DNA of 64,000 nucleotides, taken from Polyangiaceae bacterium. GTDB lineage: Bacteria > Myxococcota_A > Polyangia > Polyangiales > Polyangiaceae. Below the pieces are notes generated by a model. The model was given only the letters and a program-made list of their open reading frames with translations, ran no database searches and had not been told where the DNA came from. Positions 28,193 to 37,600 of the stretch are shown in pieces. Numbering within the stretch: the stretch's first letter is position 1; each line of letters starts with the position of its first letter. Location: positions 2,272,001-2,336,000 of the forward strand of contig CBDCTZ010000016.1 in assembly GCA_965222375.1 (NCBI GenBank), in the 5' to 3' direction. The translations under genes were made by a program, and so were the position numbers.

Positions 28193-29056
28193 GTGAAAAT
28201 GACTCGATGCGCGCTGTGCCTGCTTTCGCTGATGCTCCTGGCGGCGCCTGCTGCCGCGCAGGGCTATCCCCCGCCCAATTCCGGACAGCCCGGTTACGGC
28301 CAACAGCCCGGCTATGGCCAACAGCCCGGCTACGGCCAGCAGGGCTCGGGGCTGCAGTCTGGTGGGTTGGCGCCGCCATCGGGAACTTCTACGGGCTCCG
28401 GTTCTGGGGCTGCCCAAACCGAAGCAGAACTCGAGCGTGCCGAGCGTGAAGACTCCGGTCGAGGGTTGGAGTTCTTCTACATCAACGCGGAAGTGGGTGG
28501 GGAGCACCTCGGCTTGCAGACCTTCAAAGCCAACGACCTAGTGGATGCGGGCGTCGTCAAGACCTCCCAGACAGGACTCATGCTCGGCGCCGGTCTAGGC
28601 CTGCGGCTCGTGTTCATCACGCTTGGTCCGCGCTTCCGCATCGGCATGTTCGAAGAGTGGCAACTCTGGACACTCAATGGCGAACTCGGGATCCGAATCC
28701 CCCTCGGAGACGTGGAGCCCTACTTCACTTTTGGCGGAGGATACGCATCCGTGGGAGCTTTCGACTCCGGCAATCTCGGAGGTTCGCTCAACAGTGACGA
28801 CGTCGACATAACAGGTTACGACATCCGCGGGGGATTCGGGATCGACCTCTATCTCAGCCCCGCGTTTTCGATTGGCGCCAACCTGACCGGTGAGCTGCTG
28901 GTGCTCACGCGCCCCGGCGTAGATCCGAGCAAGCTCCAGGCAAGCGGGTCGACCGGAACGACCGGTGCGCAGGCTGCCTCTGAAGTCTACGCTGCGGACG
29001 GTTCGAGTATCGGTTCTGCCGTCACGCTGAGCGGAGTTCTCGGCCTCCACTTCTGA
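28193..29056 (+). CDS. Outer-membrane beta-barrel protein with N-terminal PGYGQQ repeats
   Basis: Signal peptide, QPGYGQ x3, amphipathic strands, C-terminal GLHF. Confidence 0.72.
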   Translation: MKMTRCALCLLSLMLLAAPAAAQGYPPPNSGQPGYGQQPGYGQQPGYGQQGSGLQSGGLAPPSGTSTGSGSGAAQTEAELERAEREDSGRGLEFFYINAEVGGEHLGLQTFKANDLVDAGVVKTSQTGLMLGAGLGLRLVFITLGPRFRIGMFEEWQLWTLNGELGIRIPLGDVEPYFTFGGGYASVGAFDSGNLGGSLNSDDVDITGYDIRGGFGIDLYLSPAFSIGANLTGELLVLTRPGVDPSKLQASGSTGTTGAQAASEVYAADGSSIGSAVTLSGVLGLHF

Positions 29057-29065
29057 GATCTTCTC

Positions 29066-30202
29066 GTGCGACCCTTGCTGGGCATCGTACTCGCTCTTCT
29101 TCCTCTCGCTGTTGCGATCTATCTATGGCGCCGCGCGCGCGAGGTGTCTCGGGTGCCGCGGCGCTACGTGGTTTCGATGGTCTTGGGTGGCTTCGTCGTG
29201 GCGTTGGGCGCGTTGTGGCTCGAGCGCTTCGTGCTGGACTGGACTGGGCTCTCAGTGCGGTCTTCGGTCGCTGGTCCAACCGGCGCGCTGCTCGCAACCT
29301 TCTTGCTGGTGGCGCCGCTCGAAGAGGGTGCGAAGGTTCTCGTGGTGTGGCCCTTGTACGCGGCTCGCCAACTCGAGACGCGACGCATGGGCGTGATCTA
29401 CGCGGCCTGCGCCGGCGCGGGTTTCGCGTCGGCGGAAGCTCTCGTCGAGGTTTGGCTAGCGCCGTCTGAGCAGCCGCTGCTTTGGCTGCGGGTGCTATGC
29501 GGTCTACCCGGGCACGCGTTCTTTGCCGGAGCCTGGGGCTTTGCCTTGGGAGGGGATCGACGGCGGCGTGGCGGCTGGTTCTCGCTCGCGTGGATTGTGG
29601 CGGCTCTTAGCCATGGCCTATTCGATCACATCGTCTTCGGCCGCGGCGCTGCCTTGCTGGTAACCGCGGCACCCATGCTGCTGGCGATGGCTGGGCTATC
29701 CTGGTTGGCACTACGCGAGGCGCTTCCGGTGTCAGCAAAGAGCGGGCCCGGGCGCTCGGTGCTCCCAGAGCCCCCATCTCTTCGTGCCATGCGAGCAGCT
29801 CTGTCGACCACTGACAGACCCGTAATGCTGCACTGGATTGCCGCGGGTGCCCTAGTCACCCTGGGCGTAGTCATCGTGTCCCTAGTTGGTGCCGTGTTTT
29901 TGGGTCATTCGGTCGGGATCGATTTCGCGCTTGCGGACGAGTCGGACGTCCGTTCCAGCGGGCCGCTGATTCTGCTTGGTAGCGCTGTGCTGCTTGCGTT
30001 CCCAATTGCCGGTTATCTGATCGCGAAGGCCAGCGCGGCGACTAGCGTGCTCGAGCCAGCCTTGGGGGCAGCACTGGCGATTGCGGGAACCGTGGCGTTG
30101 TTGAGCGTTACCTCTCCAATCGCCGTGCTCGTCGCACTCGCTGGAGCTCCGGTCGCTTTTGCCCTCGCCTGCGGTGGCGCTTGGTTCGGGCTTGCGCGCT
30201 GA
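29066..30202 (+). CDS. PrsW-family intramembrane metalloprotease with C-terminal membrane extension
   Basis: APLEEGAK, GFASAE, PGHAFF, HGLFD. Confidence 0.85.
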   Translation: MRPLLGIVLALLPLAVAIYLWRRAREVSRVPRRYVVSMVLGGFVVALGALWLERFVLDWTGLSVRSSVAGPTGALLATFLLVAPLEEGAKVLVVWPLYAARQLETRRMGVIYAACAGAGFASAEALVEVWLAPSEQPLLWLRVLCGLPGHAFFAGAWGFALGGDRRRRGGWFSLAWIVAALSHGLFDHIVFGRGAALLVTAAPMLLAMAGLSWLALREALPVSAKSGPGRSVLPEPPSLRAMRAALSTTDRPVMLHWIAAGALVTLGVVIVSLVGAVFLGHSVGIDFALADESDVRSSGPLILLGSAVLLAFPIAGYLIAKASAATSVLEPALGAALAIAGTVALLSVTSPIAVLVALAGAPVAFALACGGAWFGLAR

Positions 30203-30211
30203 GCCAAGCTG

Positions 30212-31039
30212 TCAACGAGTCAGGCGCTCCACCACCCGTCGCCAGCTTTTGCTGACCAGGGCGCTGGTTAGCCGGGGAGAAAGACGCTGGCTGGCGTCGA
30301 GTAGGTGGGCTTCGCGAGTGATGAGAATTCGGGGCGAGTTCTTTCGGATGGCCCTGACGATGAGGGCAGCAGCCTGCTGGGGCGGCATCATTTTCTTGAA
30401 GATCTCGACCGCTCGGTCTCGAGTGCTTTCAGCCAAGCTACCGTCCGCGTAGCGACTCTTGGCAGCTATGTCCGTGGCGATGCCACCGGGATGGACACTG
30501 GTCACCCCAACGGAACTGTCGGCAAGCTCCACGCGCAGGGACTCACTCAAGCCGCGGACCGCGAACTTGCTAGCGCAATAGGATGAATTGAGGGGCATTC
30601 CAACGACCCCGAAGATGCTCGAGATGTTCACGATGTGTCCCTCGTCGGCGGCGAGCAGGTGGGGCAGGAAGAGCTTGCAGCCATACACGACGCCCCAGAA
30701 GTTGATTCCAAAAAGCCACTCGAAGTCCTCCAAAGACTGATCCTGGAAGGAGCCCGCTACACCAACACCCGCGTTGTTGACCAGGATCTCGACGCGCTCG
30801 TGCACCCCCATGGTCTCCCGCGCCAAGCGCTCCATCTGATCTAGCTTCGACACATCCACCACGTGCACGGTGGTTCGGCCCGAGCCATCGAGGGACTCTC
30901 GAGTCTGCTCCAGGCCATCGCCATTGACATCGACGAGCGCCAAGTCGCAGCCCGCACGCGCTAACGCCTGGCTCGTGGCTCGACCGATTCCACTTGCGGC
31001 TCCCGTGACGACCGCCACCCGACCTTCGAGACGTCTCAT
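30212..31039 (-). CDS. Classical SDR oxidoreductase
   Basis: TGAASGIG, NNAG, YCASK. Confidence 0.93.
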   Translation of the reverse strand: MRRLEGRVAVVTGAASGIGRATSQALARAGCDLALVDVNGDGLEQTRESLDGSGRTTVHVVDVSKLDQMERLARETMGVHERVEILVNNAGVGVAGSFQDQSLEDFEWLFGINFWGVVYGCKLFLPHLLAADEGHIVNISSIFGVVGMPLNSSYCASKFAVRGLSESLRVELADSSVGVTSVHPGGIATDIAAKSRYADGSLAESTRDRAVEIFKKMMPPQQAAALIVRAIRKNSPRILITREAHLLDASQRLSPRLTSALVSKSWRRVVERLTR

Positions 31040-31092
31040 GCGCCTCTTGTACCGCGTCTGTTCCCGAGGCTCGCGCGCTTTTGCGCCTTGGC

Positions 31093-32487
31093 TCAGTTCC
31101 GGGATTCCAGCAGCGCGCGGTAGCTAGGATCCTGCAGCAAGGGGTCCGCGGGGAGGGTGCGCGGCGCGGGCAAGGGCTGGACCTTCTCGAACATCGACTT
31201 CAAGTCGAAGGCCACGAACCGGCCCGCAAGGTGCGGCCCCTCGCTGACCCAGAGAGTGCCTTCGCTGAAGTCCACGATCACGCCGTGGGCCGCCAGGACA
31301 CCATCAATCGCGCGACGGTCCCCGAGGGGCAGCGGCGTGCCATCCGCGGACTTGCGATCTCGAAGTAGTGCGGCTGTTCCCGCCGCGTCCTTGGGCACCT
31401 CCTGGAGCAGAGCATCTCCGCGGTTTCTGCGAGCTCGCGTCGAGGTGGATTCCAGAACGCGCAGGTTCTTGGGATCGCTCTTGGCCGGGCCTTCCAGGTG
31501 GTTGGTCACGCAGGCGCTACCTTTCAGCGGGCGCACGTGCTGGGGCGAGTCCACCAGGCGCTCAACGGCGTAGGCGTCGCCACCTTGGTCGGCCACGATC
31601 ACCATGTGACTGACCATCGCGTGCCCCTCAGCAAGCAGCTTCACCGCCCGCCGGGCGGACGTGGCGTGGGACAAGACCCGGCGTAGACTGTGCACGACGG
31701 GTTCGCCTCGGGTCTTGGTCGGGCCAGCGCGTGCGCCATGGGCCATGGCGGCAACGCCCCGCTGGTTGACACCACTAACCACGCCGACCAACCCTGGCCA
31801 GGCCACGGAAGCAAAGGGGATGGTGCCGTCCTCATGCACAAAAAAGACGACCTTGCGCCGGTCGAACACGCGGTTCACGTCGAAGTCGAAGTTCCGCGCC
31901 AGCAGCAAGGAGCCACCCCGAGGGCGTGCATCCACGAAGAACGTCGTGCAACCCACCAGCGGCGAACGCTCGAAGGACAGCGCAATGTCGTACAGAGCGT
32001 TCAGGTACACCAGGCGCTGATAGGTTGGAAAAAGCTCCGTGAAGGGGTCGTCTCGAAAGCCCAAGGCCTGTCCCGCCAGCTCACGGCGCCGTTGTTCCGA
32101 GTAGCCCAGGGGTAGCTTGCGGTAGCGAAACCCCGCCCAGTCCATGAGTAGACCCCGCAAGAGTCCCGAGGGCAGACGTTGCTTGAAGTCGGTGTACAGA
32201 ACGTCCTCGACGTGCTCCAGGTCCTCACGCAGCAGGCTCGCGTGGTCGTGGCCAATCTGCTCTGGGCTGCCCCTCAGTTCCACTGTACGCAGCTTCCCTA
32301 CGTTCAGCACTCGACTACGACCGAGCATGTGCACTCCGTCGGCGGATTGGACCGCCCCTTCTCGAATCTCCACGCTGGGCGGGCTCATCCGTGAGCTCCA
32401 GCGGGCTCCCGTGCGGATGACGATGCAGGTGAGCACCAGACCCGCAAGCGCCAGGCCGATGAACCGAACTCGGCGCGAGAGCTTCAT
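31093..32487 (-). CDS. C45-family autoproteolytic acyltransferase/hydrolase
   Basis: GCTTF nucleophile site, ARNFDF, WPGLVGVVSGVN, TNH. Confidence 0.87.
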   Translation of the reverse strand: MKLSRRVRFIGLALAGLVLTCIVIRTGARWSSRMSPPSVEIREGAVQSADGVHMLGRSRVLNVGKLRTVELRGSPEQIGHDHASLLREDLEHVEDVLYTDFKQRLPSGLLRGLLMDWAGFRYRKLPLGYSEQRRRELAGQALGFRDDPFTELFPTYQRLVYLNALYDIALSFERSPLVGCTTFFVDARPRGGSLLLARNFDFDVNRVFDRRKVVFFVHEDGTIPFASVAWPGLVGVVSGVNQRGVAAMAHGARAGPTKTRGEPVVHSLRRVLSHATSARRAVKLLAEGHAMVSHMVIVADQGGDAYAVERLVDSPQHVRPLKGSACVTNHLEGPAKSDPKNLRVLESTSTRARRNRGDALLQEVPKDAAGTAALLRDRKSADGTPLPLGDRRAIDGVLAAHGVIVDFSEGTLWVSEGPHLAGRFVAFDLKSMFEKVQPLPAPRTLPADPLLQDPSYRALLESRN

Positions 32488-33179
32488 CGCGCGAGCTCAA
32501 CCAGCGTGCTCATGACTCGCGCGACAATCCTGGCCGGATCGCGCCTGACACGAAAATGCGACACGTGTGCAGGGCCCTGCGGGTAGATGACCCGAACGGG
32601 CTCCTGCACGATCGACAATCCGGCGTGGCACGCTCGCATCAGGACCTCCGCTTCGAAGGCGTAGCCATCGTCCCGGGCACCAAGCTCGAGGGTTGCTTGG
32701 ACGGGATAGCGGCGCAGACCGCACTGCGTGTCCGTCAAACGTCGTCGCATGAACATCGACAGGACCATGTTCGAGAAGCGGTTCGAAAACCGGTTCGCGC
32801 GAGGGGCGCCTGCAGCCGCCAAATCGCGGATACCAAGAACGAGGCTCTCCGCGGGCGCTGGCAACAGCGCCAATCGGACCGCCTCCTCGGGTGGGTGCTG
32901 ACCGTCCGCGTCGACACTCACCACGGTGTCTGCGCCGGCTTCCAGGGCCTTGCGCAGGCCCGTCCGAAGCGCTGCCCCTTTTCCACGGTTTTCGGGCAGA
33001 CGGACGATCACGGCCGAGTTTACGGCTGCTGCCGCTCTCGTTCCGTCGCTAGAGCCGTCGTCAATGACCCAGATCTGTGCCTCATGGCCTGCAGTGGACG
33101 CTGCGGACTCGAGCTGGGCTACGACGTGGCCCACACTGGACTCTGCGTTGAACGCGGGCACCACGAAGCGGAGCAGCAT
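32484..33179 (-). CDS. Glycosyltransferase family 2
   Basis: VPAFN, IDDGSSDGT, NRGKGAAL, DADGQH, DTQCGLRRY, YAFEAEVL. Confidence 0.92.
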   Translation of the reverse strand: MLLRFVVPAFNAESSVGHVVAQLESAASTAGHEAQIWVIDDGSSDGTRAAAAVNSAVIVRLPENRGKGAALRTGLRKALEAGADTVVSVDADGQHPPEEAVRLALLPAPAESLVLGIRDLAAAGAPRANRFSNRFSNMVLSMFMRRRLTDTQCGLRRYPVQATLELGARDDGYAFEAEVLMRACHAGLSIVQEPVRVIYPQGPAHVSHFRVRRDPARIVARVMSTLVELAR

Positions 33180-33292
33180 GACCGCCACGCAGCTTGCCAC
33201 GGGCGCGATGCAGGCTGCGCCGAAAACTTTGCGGCGAGAGGACCTGTGACCTTCGGGGACGCGTGCGTATGGTACCTTGGCTGACCTTCGAT

Positions 33293-33907
33293 ATGTCCCT
33301 GGACGAAGAAACCCTGCGCGTTCGCGTGAAGAGCCAGCTCCGCAAGCGACTACGCCAGTTACGCCAGGGTACGCCGCAGAAAGCTCTGGAATCTCGCAGT
33401 GCTCGGATCGTCGAGCACCTGCTGACCCTGAGCGCGTGGAGCACCGCAACGCGAGTCGCTCTGTTTTGGCCCATGAAGGGCAAACGAGAAGTGGACATCG
33501 GGCCAGCGGATGCCGCGGCCCGTGCCGCGAACAAGCGCGTGGCCTACCCCTTCATGAGGCCGAAAGATGGCGGGTACTCGACGGGTTTCGCTTGGGTGGA
33601 CAACCCAGAACAGCTAGCGGACCGCGGGCGTGGTTTTCCAGAGCCGCCGCCTTCCGCAGCTGTCGCCGAGGGCAATGAGCTGGACCTGATCGTCGTCCCG
33701 GCGCTGGGGGTAGCGCCCACGGGCCACCGCCTCGGTTTTGGCCGGGGCTGGTACGACGCGACTCTGGGCGAGTTTAGGCCTAGGGCCGTCTTGGTTGCGG
33801 TTGCCTTCGACTTCCAGATGCTGGTGGAACTACCCGCAGAGGAACACGATGTCGCGTGCGACTACGTCGTGACCGACGAGCGCATCATCGAGGTAGCTGC
33901 CTCTTGA
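33293..33907 (+). CDS. 5-formyltetrahydrofolate cyclo-ligase
   Basis: DLIVVPALG, GHRLGFGRGWYD, EEHDVACD. Confidence 0.92.
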   Translation: MSLDEETLRVRVKSQLRKRLRQLRQGTPQKALESRSARIVEHLLTLSAWSTATRVALFWPMKGKREVDIGPADAAARAANKRVAYPFMRPKDGGYSTGFAWVDNPEQLADRGRGFPEPPPSAAVAEGNELDLIVVPALGVAPTGHRLGFGRGWYDATLGEFRPRAVLVAVAFDFQMLVELPAEEHDVACDYVVTDERIIEVAAS

Positions 33908-33914
33908 TCTGCCA

Positions 33915-34409
33915 TTACCCCCGCTCGCGCTTTTCCAAGCAGCTGCGGCACGTGCCGTAGAGTTCGTGCTTGTGTTCCAGCACGTCGAACCCGTAGCGTG
34001 CCGCGATTTTTTCCTGCAGTTCTTCGATTGCTGGTGCCTCGAACTCGGTGATCTTGCCGCAGGTCAGGCAGATCAAGTGGTCATGGTGGGCCTCGTCATC
34101 AGCTAGTTCAAAGCGCGTGTAGCCGTCGCCGAAACGGTGTTCGACCACGATGCCGCTGTCCGCCAGCATTTTCAAAGTTCGATAGACCGTCGCGTAGCCT
34201 ATTCGCGCGTCTTTTGCGCGGACCAGCTCGAGCAGTTCGTCCACAGTGAGGTGTTCGCGCTGGTCGAAGAAAGCATCGATGATCGTTCGGCGCTGCTCGG
34301 TGGATCGCAGCCCCTTGCGGCTCATGTACGCGTCCAGTTCCTCGCGCAGTCGGTCGAGGTCCGGGGGACGCGCCTTTCGTCCCTGTTCTTTGGTCGCGGC
34401 GTCGGTCAC
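33915..34409 (-). CDS. fur: Fur-family transcriptional regulator
   Basis: LRSTEQR, ATVYRTL, HHDHLICLTCG, HELYGTCRSC. Confidence 0.93.
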   Translation of the reverse strand: MTDAATKEQGRKARPPDLDRLREELDAYMSRKGLRSTEQRRTIIDAFFDQREHLTVDELLELVRAKDARIGYATVYRTLKMLADSGIVVEHRFGDGYTRFELADDEAHHDHLICLTCGKITEFEAPAIEELQEKIAARYGFDVLEHKHELYGTCRSCLEKRERG

Positions 34410-34443
34410 CGTGACTCCTTCATCACTCCCGTACCGGCGGCGG

Positions 34444-36702
34444 TCAAGGGAGGCCGCCTTCGCCCGAATCTCGAGGGCGAAGCGCTGCCACCCCCGCAGC
34501 GGCCAATGCCAGCGCCGGTGCCAGCGCTGGCGGCAGCAGTGCGAATGCGACTCCTAGGGATGCCAGAGCGGCCGGGATGAACGCGATGCTCAACCCCGTT
34601 TTCGCCCGCCGCCGCGCTTCGTGAGCGAGCCTGAGCGCCATGGCGGCGTCTCGTACGTCGTCGGATGCGAGCTGCACGCTCCATTCAGCGCTGGTGCCTC
34701 CCGCGCTGCCGATCGCTACCGATACGCTCGCAGCAGACAGAGCCACATCATCGCTGGGGCTCGTTCCAATCACGGCCACGAGTGCGCCACCGTCGGCAAG
34801 GCGAGCCACCTCGTCGCCTCGCTCGGTGGGCAATACCTCAGGGCGAATATGCTCGACGTCGAGGGCGCGCCCAATCGCCTCGCAGGTCTCGCGAGCGTCC
34901 CCGGAGAGCAATACGGGTTCGATGCCCACATCCAAGAGGTGTTGAACGGCGGCGCGTGCACCCGGTCGCAGTCCATCTTGCATGCCCACGACGCCCACGA
35001 GGCGACCGCCCAGAGCGACCAGCATTACGCTCCGGCCGAGGGCCTCGAGCTCGGATATCTGCGGCTCGGCTAGCGCGACGCTAATGCGCTCTCGCAACAT
35101 CAGCGCCCGGCTGCCGACGACCAGCGGTTTGCCGTTCGACGCGATTGCGGATACGCCAAGCCCAGCTACGTGAGTCGGGCTTCGCACACCATCCGGGCGA
35201 ATGCCTCGAGCCCGTGCCGCCCTCTGAATAGCCGTGGCCACCGGATGAGTGGATCCCGCCTCCGCGCCGGCCATGAGGGCCAGCACGCGCTCGGCGTCCA
35301 CGTCGCCCAGCAACTCGATGTTGGTGACCTCGGGCTCTCCCAGGAGCAAGGTGCCGCGGGCGCAGAATGCCGCGACTCCGACCCGGCCAGCTTCGTCGAA
35401 GGCCTGGGCGGTGCGAAAAACGATACCTCGCCGCAGCGCAGCCAATACGGATTGGAGCATGGCCACCGCTCCGACCTGAGCCAACACTGCGTTGGCTAGA
35501 GTCGCCTGGGCAGCAACCGCAAAAAAGAGGATCGCCGCGCTGCTCTGGGCCTCCGCGTAGGCTGCCAAGGCGGCGAGACCCGCCGCGACGGGCGCGCCGC
35601 GCTCTGCGAGCAGCTTTCCCGCCCGAGCCAGGGGTGACATCAGGTCAGCCCTGCGGCGCGGGTCGGAGGTCAGACGGAGAAAAGCTCGATCGAATCCCGC
35701 CCAAGCAACAATGGCACGCAGCCGCCCGTCAGTCACTAGCGCGCTTGCGACCAGCGCGTCGCCTTCGCCTCGGGTGACGCTGCCACGGGAGCCCCACCAG
35801 GGGGCGACCGTCGCCGTGCCAGCGGTGATGGTCGCATCTACGGGGACGACTTCACCGGGTTCCACGACGATCTCCTCGCCGGGGCGGAGGTCCAAGGCGC
35901 GGGCTTCGACTACCTCGTCGCCGATCACACGATGAGCTGTTCCGTCCAAAAGGCTGACTAGCCCTTGGCGCTCGGCATCAAGCGGTCGACGCATGCGCTG
36001 CGCGAGCAGAATCGACGCGCCCGTACACGCCACCACAATCCCGCTTAGGGTCAGTCCCGAGCCGGCCTGGTCCGGGTCCGCAACACGCGCAAAAATGCAC
36101 CCAATCAGCGCCGCTGCCGGTGCCGCGAGCAAGGCGGCGGGGTGGGGTTCGCTCGCGTCTCTGCTCGCAGTGACGATATGAGCGCCCAGAGCGATCGTGC
36201 TGACCGCTGCGACGATCAGCCGGCTTGTGAGAGCCGCCCCGGAGTTGCCGGTTAGTACCAGCGCGACGGTCAGTAGGCCGCCGACCGCAGCCAGCGAGAG
36301 AAGCAGTGTGCCCGCTTCTTCGGTTCGCGGTGCAGCGCCGGCCAAATGCGCTCCGTCTAGCTCAGGAACTTCCTCGGTGACTACCGGCGCTTCCGCGCGT
36401 GCCACGCGATCAAGTGCCACGGCAGTTGGCAGACCCGCGGCTTGGGGGCTGGGCGCGCCCGCCGCTGCGGACAGCGGAGTGCGCACTCGCGGTCGCGGCT
36501 GCGGAATTGGCGTCGCCCGCGAGGGATCGTACTTCTGCCGGCACTCAGCGCTGCAGAAGTAGCGGAACCTGTCGAAGAAGATCGCCACCCGCGCCGCTCG
36601 CAAGGGATCCACCGGCCGGCCGCAGCTGGCGCAGGGCAGCGCTCCCGTGAAGCGGGGCTCCGGTGACATGCGCGGCGTATCGATCTGGCTACCCGCCTTC
36701 AC
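34444..36702 (-). CDS. P1B-type ATPase homologue lacking catalytic motifs, with N-terminal YHS/TRASH-like Cys domain
   Basis: PGEVVPVD, HP, GLGV, DGLRP, LSGD, PEVLP retained; DKTGT->CARGT, no TGE, no CPx, GDGxND->GTSPSD; alternative start ATG 36669. Confidence 0.8.
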   Translation of the reverse strand: MKAGSQIDTPRMSPEPRFTGALPCASCGRPVDPLRAARVAIFFDRFRYFCSAECRQKYDPSRATPIPQPRPRVRTPLSAAAGAPSPQAAGLPTAVALDRVARAEAPVVTEEVPELDGAHLAGAAPRTEEAGTLLLSLAAVGGLLTVALVLTGNSGAALTSRLIVAAVSTIALGAHIVTASRDASEPHPAALLAAPAAALIGCIFARVADPDQAGSGLTLSGIVVACTGASILLAQRMRRPLDAERQGLVSLLDGTAHRVIGDEVVEARALDLRPGEEIVVEPGEVVPVDATITAGTATVAPWWGSRGSVTRGEGDALVASALVTDGRLRAIVAWAGFDRAFLRLTSDPRRRADLMSPLARAGKLLAERGAPVAAGLAALAAYAEAQSSAAILFFAVAAQATLANAVLAQVGAVAMLQSVLAALRRGIVFRTAQAFDEAGRVGVAAFCARGTLLLGEPEVTNIELLGDVDAERVLALMAGAEAGSTHPVATAIQRAARARGIRPDGVRSPTHVAGLGVSAIASNGKPLVVGSRALMLRERISVALAEPQISELEALGRSVMLVALGGRLVGVVGMQDGLRPGARAAVQHLLDVGIEPVLLSGDARETCEAIGRALDVEHIRPEVLPTERGDEVARLADGGALVAVIGTSPSDDVALSAASVSVAIGSAGGTSAEWSVQLASDDVRDAAMALRLAHEARRRAKTGLSIAFIPAALASLGVAFALLPPALAPALALAAAGVAALRPRDSGEGGLP

Positions 36703-37600
36703 TCAATGCCCACTCCAGCGCCGCTTTCGCAGTGTGCAGCCGCGCCTCCGCCTGATCCCAAACGAAGCTACGCTTCCCCTCCAGCACCTCTTCGTCGATC
36801 TCTTCGCCACGGTGAGCGGGAAGGCAGTGCAGTACGACGACTTCTTCGGCTGCCTGGCCGATCAGATCCGGCGTGAGCCGATAACCCTCGAACGCCTTGG
36901 CTCGGGCTTGGCTTTCCGCCTCCTGTCCCATGCTGGTGAACACATCCGTGCTCACCACGTCAGCCCCATCCGCCGCAGCAGCGGGATCCTTCACTACTTC
37001 GACCCGCGCGCCAAGGGCGGTGGCCGCCGCCAACACTTCGGGGTCGGGGCTGAACCCAGCCGGACACGCCAAGCGAAGATCCAACTTCAACAATCCAGCG
37101 GCTTCGATCCACGACGCCGCCATGTTGTTGCCATCGCCCACCCAGGCGTACTTCAAACCATCCAGTCTGCCGCGCACCCGGCGCACGGTCATCAGGTCCG
37201 CCAACAGCTGCATGGGGTGACTTGCATCCGTCAGTGCATTCAGCACCGGTACGGTGCTCCATTCGGCCATCTCGAGGAGACGCTCGTGCGCACTAGTGCG
37301 GAAGGTGATGCCGTGAACCATTCGTGAAAGCACGCGGGCGGTGTCTCGAATGGGCTCTCCACGCCCCATCTGGCTGCCTTGACTCGTGACCACGACGGGG
37401 TGCCCCCCGAGTTCGTGAACCGCGACCTCCAGAGAAATGCGCGTCCGTGTAGAGGCCTTTTCAAAGACCAAGGCGACGGACTTACCCTGGAGCAGCGAGG
37501 AGGTACTTCTTTGGCGTGACTTCTTGTATTCGTCAGCCTTGTCCAAAACGCCGACCAGCCCGGTGGGGCCCATATCGGACAGGGATAGGAAGTGCGGCAT
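36689..37600 (-). CDS. argF: Ornithine carbamoyltransferase
   Basis: STRTR, HPMQLLAD, GDGNNM, SMGQE, HCLPAHRGEE. Confidence 0.96.
   Translation of the reverse strand: MPHFLSLSDMGPTGLVGVLDKADEYKKSRQRSTSSLLQGKSVALVFEKASTRTRISLEVAVHELGGHPVVVTSQGSQMGRGEPIRDTARVLSRMVHGITFRTSAHERLLEMAEWSTVPVLNALTDASHPMQLLADLMTVRRVRGRLDGLKYAWVGDGNNMAASWIEAAGLLKLDLRLACPAGFSPDPEVLAAATALGARVEVVKDPAAAADGADVVSTDVFTSMGQEAESQARAKAFEGYRLTPDLIGQAAEEVVVLHCLPAHRGEEIDEEVLEGKRSFVWDQAEARLHTAKAALEWALSEGG

Noticed and set aside
33180..33292. 6S RNA, often found upstream of 5-formyl-THF cyclo-ligase
   Set aside because: The gap is only about 110 nt between divergent genes and shows no long 6S-like rod
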